Of a DNA stretch of 64,000 nt, positions 11,605 to 21,080 are shown piece by piece. Every line of letters begins with the position of its first letter. Positions within the stretch are counted from its first letter, which is position 1. The DNA is taken from the NCBI GenBank assembly GCA_965279375.1, contig OZ257156.1:992001-1056000 (forward strand). Reading direction: 5' to 3'. The stretch is from Gemmatimonas sp. (GTDB taxonomy: Bacteria; Gemmatimonadota; Gemmatimonadetes; Gemmatimonadales; Gemmatimonadaceae). Both the position numbers and the translations under genes were made by a program. The notes beneath the pieces were generated by a model that saw nothing but the letters and a program-made list of their open reading frames with translations, had not been told where the DNA came from and did not search any database.

Positions 11605-14600
11605 CTATCGCTGTATCACGATCTGCCGCGCGTTGTTTGATCGGTCGCGATCAATGCGCCGAAGCAACGGGTCCAGGACGAGCGACACCGGACGCTCTGG
11701 TAGCGTCAGCGCGAGATGCAGTTGCCCTCCGGACGTCCGCGCAGCACCGCGACGCAGCACGAGATTCGCATCGGCACCGCCCATCACGGCGTATTCGAGC
11801 AGCGCTCCGTCGGCCGGGACGATCTGCTCCCCGCTCGCCGACATCGAGACGCGGTCGACGCGGATGTTCGCCTCCACCGCGTACCCTGCGGTCCCACGCA
11901 CGGCCCATGCGCTGTCGAGGCGGATGTCGTGAATCACACGCCCCGTCATCCACTCATCGACGAGCGCGCGCGCTTCCGACGTCACCGCGGCATCTCGCAG
12001 CATGCGATGGAGCTGTGTCGCCGTCGCCGCGCCATGTGCGCCTCGTTCGCTCGCCACCAGCGCCGCAAGCACTCGGGTCAAGGTCGAATCACCCAACGTT
12101 GACCGGAGTGCGTGGAAGGCGAGCGCGCCCTTGCCGTAGTAGAGATACGCTTCGTCGACGGTGGAGATGAGTGCTGGTTCGGCATCCGCATCTTCGGCGC
12201 GCCCGCGCAGATAGCGATCATGATCGTATGACAGGATGGATGCGACGGCATCTTCACCCTGCAGCGAGGCGATGACGCGCTGCTCCGCATACTTGGCCAG
12301 CGATTCCACCAAGACCGTTGCGCCGGTGACGTTCAACGGCTCGACGCTGTGCCCCCACCATTGATGCGCCACCTCATGCGCCACGCGACGCGTCACGAGG
12401 TCCACGTCTCTCGAATCCAAGATCCGCGTAGCATCCGCGAGCATGCCTCGGTCTTCCGTGAAGAACAGCACCCCGGCAGTGGCGAACGCGCCGAATCCCC
12501 AGCCCGCGGGAATCTCCGCCATGCGGAGCACCGATCGCGGATATGGCCCCATCGAAGCGCCCATGAGCGCGATCGTCCGCTGTGCTGCCAACAGCATGCG
12601 CTCGACATTCTGATCGTGGCCGGGATGGTGCCAGACTTCGATGTCCACACCGTTCTGTGTGGCGCGGCGTACGTCATAGCGCGCAGAGGCGAACGCAAAT
12701 GTCGGAGTAGTTGGCTCCGGAACGTCGTACGTGAAGTAGCGCCGTCCATTCGTCGTCCAGGAGCGCGTCAGCGTGCCTGGTCCCACCACGTCCTGATCCG
12801 CGGCAGTGGAGACGGTCGCATGGATGGTCAGCCATGGTGGCGACTGTCCAACGCGACGCGCCAGTCGAGTGAGCGAGTCAATCGCCGCCGTGTCGGCGAG
12901 TCGAGTGGTTGCTGTACCAAGGGCGGCCGACGCGCGAATGCGCGGATCCGATTCCTCGAAGCTGCCGCGATAGCCGATGGACGGGAGCAACACGCTCGCT
13001 TGCAGGTAGCTGCCATCCCGGGCGACATCGAGATCGCTTTCACCGAGCCGTACGCCGCCGCGATCGAGCATGTAGTGATACTCCATGCGACGCAACTCGC
13101 CCGGTGCGAGTGGCGCTGCCAGCACAGCCGTCCACACGCCGAATCGCGAATCGTAGGTGAGCGTGCGCGCGCCCTGCAGGGTCAGGCGCACGGAGTCGGC
13201 ATCGCGGCGCGTCACCATCCAAACGGAATCAATGGTGCGCTCCGTTCGATTTTCGAGCGTGGCGATGCCATGCACCTGCGCAATGCGTCGCTCGGGAAAC
13301 AGGTCGACGTTGAGTTCCACCGCTCTGATGCTGGGTTGCGGCGCGCGTGCCGTGTTGCGATATCGCCGCTCATAGTCCACGCGCCACTGCGACTGCTCCG
13401 TAGAGCTGCGCCAACCGGTTGGGCCGTCATCATGCAACCAGAGCGCCGACGACGCACCGACACACAGCAATGTCGCCGCAACGGCCGCGAGTCGACCTTC
13501 TCGTCCCAACGCCGCGCCAATCGACTTGCAGCGCGCGACGAGTCCGCGATCCAGCCCACGTCGCCAGAGCCCCTGGCTCACCACGGCGATGAGCGCCGAC
13601 CAGCAGCCCCAGTACAACGCCATCGCGATGTACGAGGGCAGCGCGGGTCCGAAGCCATCGAGATCGGAGTACGAAACGAGAGGCGTCCACGCAAACCGCA
13701 GCATCGGGTGCTCGAGCCACGGCATCTGCCCACTCACCGACTGCACGAGGAACGCCACGCCTCCAATCAGCCCGACCCAGCGATTGACCGCGATCAGATG
13801 AATGCCAATGAGCACCACCGCGCGCCACAGCAGCGGAATACTCAGGAGGACTGACTGCCCCCAGAAAACCGAAGGAATGACCGGCTGATCTCCAGTCCAC
13901 AGCTGCACGCCGAGCGCGACCAGCAATCCGCTGAGCACGAGGAGCAACGGAATACTCCAGAGCGCGAACAGCTTGCCGACGTAGAAGGCTGCATTGGGCG
14001 TGGGCGTGGCGTCGAGCAAGGCGTCGAAGCGCAACGTGCGCTCTCTCCACACCAACTCTGCGGCGAAGTATGCCACGCTGACGTTGCCCAGCAGCGCCAA
14101 CGGCTCACGCAGGCGACTGGTCAGCAGCGCGCTCGTCGCCAGGACATGCGTACCGTACTCCCCGCCGCGCAACGCAGACATGATCTCGATGCCCACGACG
14201 AACATCCACAGCACCAGCAAGGCCTGCACGGTCCACGCGCCGAGCAGCAATCGAGTTTCGATGCGTAGCGTTGTGAGAAACGCATGCGACTGAGTCGAGA
14301 AGTTGGATGTCGACGCGACGACAGGCACGTACGCCGAACGCGGGACCGGGTCGAGCGGTCGTGTGTGCGTCCTCCTCCACCGAGTGATGAATGCACCGCG
14401 CGCCGCCCGCTCGGGCGCGCGGCGATAGCTTGTCAGCAGCAGCGCGATCGACACGCAGAACCACAGCACGCGATTCTGCAGAAAGTGGCCCTGCACCGGC
14501 AGCAGTCGGAAATTCCGTTCCGCCGGCGTCCAGTATCGGGTGGCCTCGAAGAACGCCGACAGACCGAACGGATCCAGCACTGCAGCGCGCGCCATCGACT

Positions 14601-15213
14601 CCGGCGTGGCCGGCGCGGCGCCGGCCATGAGCGGCGAGTCGATCAGCAGCGCCGTGACCATGTACAGCGAGAACAGCAGAATGCCACCGATGTACGTGGC
14701 CAGTGTGCTCCGCGTATACGTCGCCGCGGCGTATAGCACTGCGGTGATCAGCAGCAGATTCGGCGCGTACATCCAGACCAGCGTCCACACGTAGGGCAGT
14801 ATGCGTAGCGGCCCCACGCGCGATGGATCTTTGGCGACCAGATATGGTGCCACGAGCTGCAGCAGTAGCACGATGGCTGCAACGAACAGCGCGCTGCTCC
14901 ACAGTCCCAGCAGTCGGGTGGAATGCAGACGCACCAACCCAATCGGCCGCGAGTGGACGAGCTCACGCATGCGATGCTCGTCGTCGCGGAGCGCTCCATG
15001 CACGCACAGCATCGTCAACACCATCACGAACCAGAGCGTCAGCAGCCCGCTACTCTGAATGACGCTGTACGGCGAGTTGATGTACGCGGCCTCCGGCCCG
15101 TAGCCCTGTCGAACGAGGACGAGACTGAACGCGCAAACGATCAGTGCGATCGCGACATACGTCGCACGCCGCATCTGCCAGCGCCACTCGAACTGCAGCA
15201 GCTGCCACGTCAT
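11605..15213 (-). CDS. ABC-2 type permease fused to an M1-family (gluzincin) aminopeptidase domain
   Basis: Two ABC-2-like membrane repeats, then a soluble domain with AHEVAHQWWG...VESLAKY and YLYYGKG. ATG 15213 overlaps the ATPase stop (ATGA). Confidence 0.88.
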   Translation of the reverse strand: MTWQLLQFEWRWQMRRATYVAIALIVCAFSLVLVRQGYGPEAAYINSPYSVIQSSGLLTLWFVMVLTMLCVHGALRDDEHRMRELVHSRPIGLVRLHSTRLLGLWSSALFVAAIVLLLQLVAPYLVAKDPSRVGPLRILPYVWTLVWMYAPNLLLITAVLYAAATYTRSTLATYIGGILLFSLYMVTALLIDSPLMAGAAPATPESMARAAVLDPFGLSAFFEATRYWTPAERNFRLLPVQGHFLQNRVLWFCVSIALLLTSYRRAPERAARGAFITRWRRTHTRPLDPVPRSAYVPVVASTSNFSTQSHAFLTTLRIETRLLLGAWTVQALLVLWMFVVGIEIMSALRGGEYGTHVLATSALLTSRLREPLALLGNVSVAYFAAELVWRERTLRFDALLDATPTPNAAFYVGKLFALWSIPLLLVLSGLLVALGVQLWTGDQPVIPSVFWGQSVLLSIPLLWRAVVLIGIHLIAVNRWVGLIGGVAFLVQSVSGQMPWLEHPMLRFAWTPLVSYSDLDGFGPALPSYIAMALYWGCWSALIAVVSQGLWRRGLDRGLVARCKSIGAALGREGRLAAVAATLLCVGASSALWLHDDGPTGWRSSTEQSQWRVDYERRYRNTARAPQPSIRAVELNVDLFPERRIAQVHGIATLENRTERTIDSVWMVTRRDADSVRLTLQGARTLTYDSRFGVWTAVLAAPLAPGELRRMEYHYMLDRGGVRLGESDLDVARDGSYLQASVLLPSIGYRGSFEESDPRIRASAALGTATTRLADTAAIDSLTRLARRVGQSPPWLTIHATVSTAADQDVVGPGTLTRSWTTNGRRYFTYDVPEPTTPTFAFASARYDVRRATQNGVDIEVWHHPGHDQNVERMLLAAQRTIALMGASMGPYPRSVLRMAEIPAGWGFGAFATAGVLFFTEDRGMLADATRILDSRDVDLVTRRVAHEVAHQWWGHSVEPLNVTGATVLVESLAKYAEQRVIASLQGEDAVASILSYDHDRYLRGRAEDADAEPALISTVDEAYLYYGKGALAFHALRSTLGDSTLTRVLAALVASERGAHGAATATQLHRMLRDAAVTSEARALVDEWMTGRVIHDIRLDSAWAVRGTAGYAVEANIRVDRVSMSASGEQIVPADGALLEYAVMGGADANLVLRRGAARTSGGQLHLALTLPERPVSLVLDPLLRRIDRDRSNNARQIVIQR

Positions 15214-16076
15214 TGGACGTGCAGTGCATTGAAGTACACATCGTCCAGCTCGGCGGCCACCGGCGAGCATGCGTCGGTCGGCGGCGCATCGCCAAGCACG
15301 CGCAGTCGGGTTGCCCCGGCGTGCAACTGACTCGACAGAACGCGATGCGATGCGCTGAACTGCGCGACGTCCGGCTTTACCACAGTCGCACTCCAAACGC
15401 GACCATCGAGTGCGTGCACGAGGTCGTCGGGCACGCCTTCGAGCACCACGCGACCCGCTGCCACCACCGCCATACGCGTGCACAGCTGCCGCACGTCCTC
15501 CACGATGTGCGTCGAGAGGATCACAACCACCCCTTCGCCGATCTCGCTGAGCAGGTTGTAGAAGCGACTGCGCTCCGCGGGATCGAGGCCGGCGGTCGGT
15601 TCATCCACGATCACCAGCCGTGGATCGCCAAGCAGCGCCTGCGCGATGCCAAATCGCTGACGCATGCCGCCCGAGAATCCGCTGACGGCCCGCTTGCGAT
15701 GGTCCCACAGATTCATCTGCACCAGCAAGGCCTCGACCTGCGCGCGACGGGACACGCGATCCGTGAGCCCCTTCAGCAGCGCCAGATGATCCAGCAGGTC
15801 CAGCGCCGAGAGTCCGGGATAGACGCCGAAATCCTGAGGCAGGTAGCCCAGTCGTCGGCGATGCGCCGACGCGTCCTCGAAGATCGATTGGCCGTCGAAC
15901 AGGCATCGTCCCGCATCCGGCGTCTGCAACGTCGCGAGAATCCGCATCAGCGACGACTTGCCGGCGCCGTTGGGCCCGAGCAACCCAAACAGCCCGCGGC
16001 CAACCCGCAGATTGATCCCGCGCAGCGCTTCGACGCCATTGGCGTAGCGCATGGTCACAGCAGCGATCTCCAGCAT
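15210..16076 (-). CDS. ABC transporter ATP-binding protein
   Basis: GPNGAGKS, FSGGMRQR, IVDEPTAGLD, LSTH. GAGGAG RBS before ATG 16076. Confidence 0.96.
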   Translation of the reverse strand: MLEIAAVTMRYANGVEALRGINLRVGRGLFGLLGPNGAGKSSLMRILATLQTPDAGRCLFDGQSIFEDASAHRRRLGYLPQDFGVYPGLSALDLLDHLALLKGLTDRVSRRAQVEALLVQMNLWDHRKRAVSGFSGGMRQRFGIAQALLGDPRLVIVDEPTAGLDPAERSRFYNLLSEIGEGVVVILSTHIVEDVRQLCTRMAVVAAGRVVLEGVPDDLVHALDGRVWSATVVKPDVAQFSASHRVLSSQLHAGATRLRVLGDAPPTDACSPVAAELDDVYFNALHVQ

Positions 16077-16159
16077 GATCTCCTCGTCGTGGCCTTTCGT
16101 GATTCGGCTCCCGACGGATTGCGGACCGCATAGTTTCAGCACAATGTTGTCAATCGAAC

Positions 16160-16177
16160 ATTCAGTTTTAACTAAAT
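16160..16177. promoter_or_regulatory. Candidate LysR T-N11-A binding site
   Basis: ATTCAG-TTTTAA-CTAAAT, an imperfect AT-rich inverted repeat overlapping the LysR start codon in the divergent gap. Confidence 0.5.
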
Positions 16178-17096
16178 GCTGAGCTTCGCTGATCTCGAGT
16201 TCTTTGGCATCGTCGCCCGGTCCCGGTCGCTGGCAGCTGCCGCACGAACGATGGACGTCACTCCGTCGGCCGTGACGCAGCGCCTGCAGGAACTCGAGCG
16301 GCGTATGGATGTCCGCCTGTTGAGCCGCAGCGGAGGGCGTCTCGCACTCACCGATGAAGGCGAGTTGCTGCTTGCACGGGGACGCCTGATCCTCGACGAG
16401 GTGAACGCGTTGACGGAGACCTTCGCCGCTCGGCGCGGGGAAGTCGTTGGGCCGCTGCGCGTGCTTGCACCGCTGGGTTTCGGACGGCGCTATGTCGCGC
16501 CAATCGCGGCGCAGTTCGCCGCCCAGCACCCGGCCGTTACCCTGGACATGCATCTCTCCGACCGGCCCGGCAGCATCCCCGACAACGCATGGGACGTTGC
16601 GATTCATCTGGGCGGACGGCGCGAGCAGGAGGAGAACGCACGGGTACTCGCGCCGAACTCCCGCCTTGTCTGCGCATCACCCACATACGTCGACACCCAC
16701 GGCACACCGTCGTCTCCACACGCACTCAGCGAGCATCAGTGCATCGCGCTGCGGGAGAATGATGAGGATGTGACGCTGTGGCGCTTCAGTGATGCTCTCG
16801 GTGCCGTGACGAACGTCCGCATCACACCGCGATTCGCCAGCAACGATGGCGATGTCGTACGCGACTGGGCGATCGCCGGACACGGAATCGTCGTTCGGTC
16901 CGAGTGGTCCGTCGCCGATGACCTTCGTGCCGGACGCCTCGTACGCCTGCTCGAGGACTACCGGTTGCCATCCGCCGACGTCGTGGCACTCATCGCGCCT
17001 CGCGGTGATCGATTGGAACGCGCGACGCGCTTTCTGCGAGCACTGGAAGCTTGTCTAACGCCGACACCGTGGCGAGAATCCTCGCCTGACCGATGA
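16176..17096 (+). CDS. LysR family transcriptional regulator
   Basis: N-terminal HTH (SLAAAAR...TPSAVTQRLQELE...LTDEG) and substrate domain (CASPTY, SNDGDVVRDWAIAGHGI). Confidence 0.95.
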   Translation: MLSFADLEFFGIVARSRSLAAAARTMDVTPSAVTQRLQELERRMDVRLLSRSGGRLALTDEGELLLARGRLILDEVNALTETFAARRGEVVGPLRVLAPLGFGRRYVAPIAAQFAAQHPAVTLDMHLSDRPGSIPDNAWDVAIHLGGRREQEENARVLAPNSRLVCASPTYVDTHGTPSSPHALSEHQCIALRENDEDVTLWRFSDALGAVTNVRITPRFASNDGDVVRDWAIAGHGIVVRSEWSVADDLRAGRLVRLLEDYRLPSADVVALIAPRGDRLERATRFLRALEACLTPTPWRESSPDR

Positions 17097-17127
17097 AGTC
17101 GTACCCGCCATCCATCCCGCGTCTGCC

Positions 17128-17622
17128 ATGATTCGCCTCCTTCCGGTTTCCCCAGAGCTCGAGTCGGCCGTACACGACGCAGACGCTCTGCTGGCTGTCA
17201 CCGGCGCATCCGCGGGAGACTGCGCGGAGTTGCTGCAGGACATCATCGCCCACAGCGCCGCGCATCGCACCAACACCAACGGCACCTACGCGTGGGGCGG
17301 ATTCATCGCGGTCACGACGGCGAGGCCATCCGTGGTGATCGGCACCTGCGCATTCGTCACCGCACCAAACGCCGACGGTGAAGTGGAAATCGCCTACTTC
17401 ACCTTCCCGCCCTTCGAGGGGCAGGGGTACGGCAACGCGATGGCCAGCGCCCTCGTCGATCACGCGATCGCGAGTGGTGCGGTGCGCGTGGTATTCGCAC
17501 ACACGCTCCCCGAGTCCAACGCGTCCACATCCATTCTCGCGCGACAAGGGTTCGAGCAGACCGGAATTTCGCACGACGCCGACGCGGGCGAGGTCTGGCG
17601 CTGGGAGCGCGCCATCGCCTAG
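17128..17622 (+). CDS. GNAT (RimJ/RimL-like) N-acetyltransferase
   Basis: VEIAYFTFPPFEGQGYG, AHTLPESNASTSIL...GF. Confidence 0.88.
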   Translation: MIRLLPVSPELESAVHDADALLAVTGASAGDCAELLQDIIAHSAAHRTNTNGTYAWGGFIAVTTARPSVVIGTCAFVTAPNADGEVEIAYFTFPPFEGQGYGNAMASALVDHAIASGAVRVVFAHTLPESNASTSILARQGFEQTGISHDADAGEVWRWERAIA

Positions 17623-17642
17623 CGTCGCCAGCGTGTACCGCA

Positions 17643-19469
17643 TCAATACGGTGCGAACGCGCCTCGCGCATCGGTGCGCATCACGGTTGTCGCGATCAGT
17701 CGAGTGGACATGCGGGATGTTGCATCGTCGGCCGTTGCGCGGTTCTCGAACAGCACCCGCACCGAGTAGATCGCGGAGCGCGTCAACTTCGCGCCTAGCA
17801 GCTCCATCGGCAGCGCCAGCGTGCGCCCGTCGGCGGAGCTTGCCCAGTCGGTGATCAGGAAGCTGGACACGATGGCGGAATCGCCGCGCGTGACGCGCAT
17901 GGCGAGTGTTGTCGTCTGCCGCAGTTCCACCCGCAAGCGCGGCTGACCCGCACGTCGGCGCTGGTCAGCGTCCGACATGGCAAGCACCACCACCGCCGCG
18001 CTGTCGGGGGCAACTTCCAACTGACTCGGCAACGCGCTGCCATGAAAGCCGCTCCATCGATCGGCGCGCAGCAGGCCGGCCGTCGTCACTTTAACCTCGG
18101 ACCGCATCGTTGAAGGATTCAGCAGGTCGTTGAATCCGCCAAACTGCTCGCGTACCGTGGCCGTGAGATCGTCGTGCGTATCCACAAAATTGCTCATGAC
18201 CACGCCGAGTGAGTTGGTGGCACTGAGCGCGCCATGCGTACCGCCCAGCGGACGCATCTTGTTGGCCACCGACACGGCACCGAGCCCCACACGAACCTTG
18301 TCGTCGAGCGACACGAGAATCGGCGCCGGATTCAGCGTGACGGTCGTGTGGCCGCGCACGATACGCGGTGGCGCCGCTGGGAAGTGCTCCATCGCGGTGT
18401 ACTCGACCCAATCGCGCGCGCTGGCGTAGCCGTCGCTGTCGAGACGACCCTCCTGTCGCATGCGCGCGAGCACGGTCGCGTAGCGCAACGGATCGCCACT
18501 GCGCGGCTGATATCGATAGCGCGTGGTTGCACCTGCACCCTTCCATTCGATCTCCGCGCTGAGCGTGTCCGCACGGACGACAATGCGGTCTGCGCCATCG
18601 CGATACGTCACGACCGCCACGCCATCAAGACCGGCAAGCACCGACGCCACGCGCGCCACGGAGTCGCTCACGCAGAAGACGCCGAAGCCCGTGGTCACTC
18701 CGTCCACGCTGAACGCAATGTCCGTCGGCGAGCTGATGGAGCGACTCGTACGAAAGCCCGCCTTCTCCAATGCGGCGGCCACCGGCAGGAACTCTGCCGT
18801 CACTGCCCGGTTGTGACCGTGATCTGACAGAATCACGATCTCGAGCGGTTGACCGGTGCGATTGAGATAGCTGTTCTGCATTTCGGTGAGCCGACGATCC
18901 AGATGCGCGAGATACCGATCGAGGTCGCCGCGCGTATGTTGCATGGCGTCAGGGCCGACGTTGTACGCGTACACGGTCGGGCGCCCACCACGTCGGAAGA
19001 ACTCGCGTGCATCGGTATCCACCTCACCGCGCGCCACGCGGTTGGAGATGAGATACGCGCCGAGATGGTGCAACTTCGTATCGAAGGCGAGATCCATGCG
19101 ATGCTCATACTCGATCGGCTTGATTGCGTCGAGCGCATCGCCCACCATCATGTTCAATCGCGTGCTGTAGTACACGCGCTGATAGCCGAGTGGCGGCTGC
19201 ACACCCATGATCTCATGCCACGCCACATCGCTGATTGACGGGAACGTCGAGATCAACCGGCTTGGCGCACGGAATTCGGCGAACAGGCCGCGCTGCTTGG
19301 CGGCTTCGATATCGCGATAGTCGATGCCATCGAGCGCGAGCACGAGGCGTCGCGCGAGCGGACGTTCAGCCGAAGGACCCGGAGGCGCGTTACGACGGAA
19401 TGGCGCACAGGAGGACAACAGCGTCAACGCGCACAGCGTGGCGCTGACGTATGAAGCAAATGCTCGCAT
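17643..19469 (-). CDS. Alkaline-phosphatase-superfamily (phosphodiesterase-like) lipoprotein
   Basis: Lipobox-like LLSSC, LVLALDG, STFPSIS, DAMQH, SDHGH, GTHG. Confidence 0.7.
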   Translation of the reverse strand: MRAFASYVSATLCALTLLSSCAPFRRNAPPGPSAERPLARRLVLALDGIDYRDIEAAKQRGLFAEFRAPSRLISTFPSISDVAWHEIMGVQPPLGYQRVYYSTRLNMMVGDALDAIKPIEYEHRMDLAFDTKLHHLGAYLISNRVARGEVDTDAREFFRRGGRPTVYAYNVGPDAMQHTRGDLDRYLAHLDRRLTEMQNSYLNRTGQPLEIVILSDHGHNRAVTAEFLPVAAALEKAGFRTSRSISSPTDIAFSVDGVTTGFGVFCVSDSVARVASVLAGLDGVAVVTYRDGADRIVVRADTLSAEIEWKGAGATTRYRYQPRSGDPLRYATVLARMRQEGRLDSDGYASARDWVEYTAMEHFPAAPPRIVRGHTTVTLNPAPILVSLDDKVRVGLGAVSVANKMRPLGGTHGALSATNSLGVVMSNFVDTHDDLTATVREQFGGFNDLLNPSTMRSEVKVTTAGLLRADRWSGFHGSALPSQLEVAPDSAAVVVLAMSDADQRRRAGQPRLRVELRQTTTLAMRVTRGDSAIVSSFLITDWASSADGRTLALPMELLGAKLTRSAIYSVRVLFENRATADDATSRMSTRLIATTVMRTDARGAFAPY

Positions 19470-19479
19470 GTCTCACATC

Positions 19480-20946
19480 TTAGTGGGATTGGCCCTTCAC
19501 GTCCCCGAGCAGCACTGTGCTCATGAGTCCGCCGTCGGCGTGATCGAGGATGTGGCAGTGGTACATCCATTCGCCCGCCCGATCGTCGAAGCGCACGAGA
19601 AGACGTCGCGTCTGCTTGTACGGGATATCGTACGTGTCCTTCCACGCAATCGGATGAATCGGATTGCCCTGCTCGTCCGCCGCCTGAAAGAAGAAGCCAT
19701 GCAGGTGGAGCGGATGTGACCACGGTGTCGCATTGCTTACGGTCCACAGCTGCGTCTCGCCGGGCTTGGCGCGAATCCGTTCCGCCTTGTGGCCGGGCAC
19801 TCCGTCAAACCCGTACTCGAAGAGGCCGTCGTTGCGTTGGGCGAGGGTGAGCTTGACCTCCACCGGCGTCGCGCCACTTCGCGAAAGCGGCTCCATGGGT
19901 CTGCGCACCGCGGGACGAGCCGCGCCCGCGTACGCCGGCTGCGCGGCCATGGTGAGCGTGAGCAGGCTCGAGTCGTCCCGATACTCCGTGCTGCCGTAGC
20001 CGCGGTCGTAGAGCAGCGAGCGCAGCGTGATGGAGGTGCCGGGCTTGGCGTGCGGCGTGACCAGTACGTCGGCACGTTCACCGGGCGCCAGCACGAGACG
20101 GCGGACCGTGGTGGCGTACTCCTGGAGGCCGCCGTCACCGCCGATGATCGTGAACTGCTCGTTGGGCAGATCCAGCTGGAAGTAGCGGCTCTTGGCCGTG
20201 TTGACTATTCGCCACCGTTGCGGCGCACCGGCGCGCACGGTCAGCGTGGCTCCTTCTCGGCCGTTCACGAGCACGTTCGTCCCTTCGCGACCGAAGGCCA
20301 TTCCTGCAGAGCCACCGCTGTTGGGATCTTCGAGCATGCCGCGCTTGTCGAGCGCGATGTCGTTGAGCACCAGTACCAGTTCGTCGGCGACACCCACGGA
20401 ACGCGCTTCTGCCGGATCCTCCACGAGCAGCGCACCGGAGAGCCCGAATCCAACCTGCGCTGCCGACATCACATGCGGGTGATACCAGAAGAGCCCCGCG
20501 TCCGGCACAACGAAGTCGTAGGTGAAGACGCCGCCCGGCTCCACCGGCGGCTGACTGATGCCGGGCACGCCGTCCATCGCGATCGGCACGCGTACACCGT
20601 GCCAGTGCACCGTCGTGGACTGTGGCAGATGGTTGGAGAAGTGCACGATGACGCGGTCGCCAACCTGCGCGCGAATGAGTGGCCCCGGCATCGTGCCGTT
20701 GTACGTCCACATCGCCACCGCATGACCGCCAACCATCTGCGTGGCCACGCGCGCATCGAGCGTCCCTTCCACGATATGCGGATCGGGGTTCACGTCGACG
20801 AACGGCGCGAGGGCCAGCGCATCGCTCCATCCCGCGGGTTGCAGCGATTGCTGCGGACGCGCGTGATTGGGGAGACCGGGCCGCGCAACCAACAGCGTCA
20901 GCGCCGCAGCGCCGGCCCATACTCGCAGGTGGGACGAAGAATGCAC
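19480..20946 (-). CDS. Multicopper oxidase (three-domain)
   Basis: HWHG, WYHPH, HPLHLHG, HCHILDHADGGLM. Signal peptide. Confidence 0.96.
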   Translation of the reverse strand: MHSSSHLRVWAGAAALTLLVARPGLPNHARPQQSLQPAGWSDALALAPFVDVNPDPHIVEGTLDARVATQMVGGHAVAMWTYNGTMPGPLIRAQVGDRVIVHFSNHLPQSTTVHWHGVRVPIAMDGVPGISQPPVEPGGVFTYDFVVPDAGLFWYHPHVMSAAQVGFGLSGALLVEDPAEARSVGVADELVLVLNDIALDKRGMLEDPNSGGSAGMAFGREGTNVLVNGREGATLTVRAGAPQRWRIVNTAKSRYFQLDLPNEQFTIIGGDGGLQEYATTVRRLVLAPGERADVLVTPHAKPGTSITLRSLLYDRGYGSTEYRDDSSLLTLTMAAQPAYAGAARPAVRRPMEPLSRSGATPVEVKLTLAQRNDGLFEYGFDGVPGHKAERIRAKPGETQLWTVSNATPWSHPLHLHGFFFQAADEQGNPIHPIAWKDTYDIPYKQTRRLLVRFDDRAGEWMYHCHILDHADGGLMSTVLLGDVKGQSH

Positions 20947-21080
20947 GAGTCGTGTCGCGTGAGGAGATGCAGCAAGCTAGCGCCTGCAACGACAACGGCG
21001 CGCATCGCGTGAAGCCGATGCGCGCCGAGTCGTGTACGGGACGTGTGCGCTATGCGCGCGATGTCGTACCTGCGGATGCG

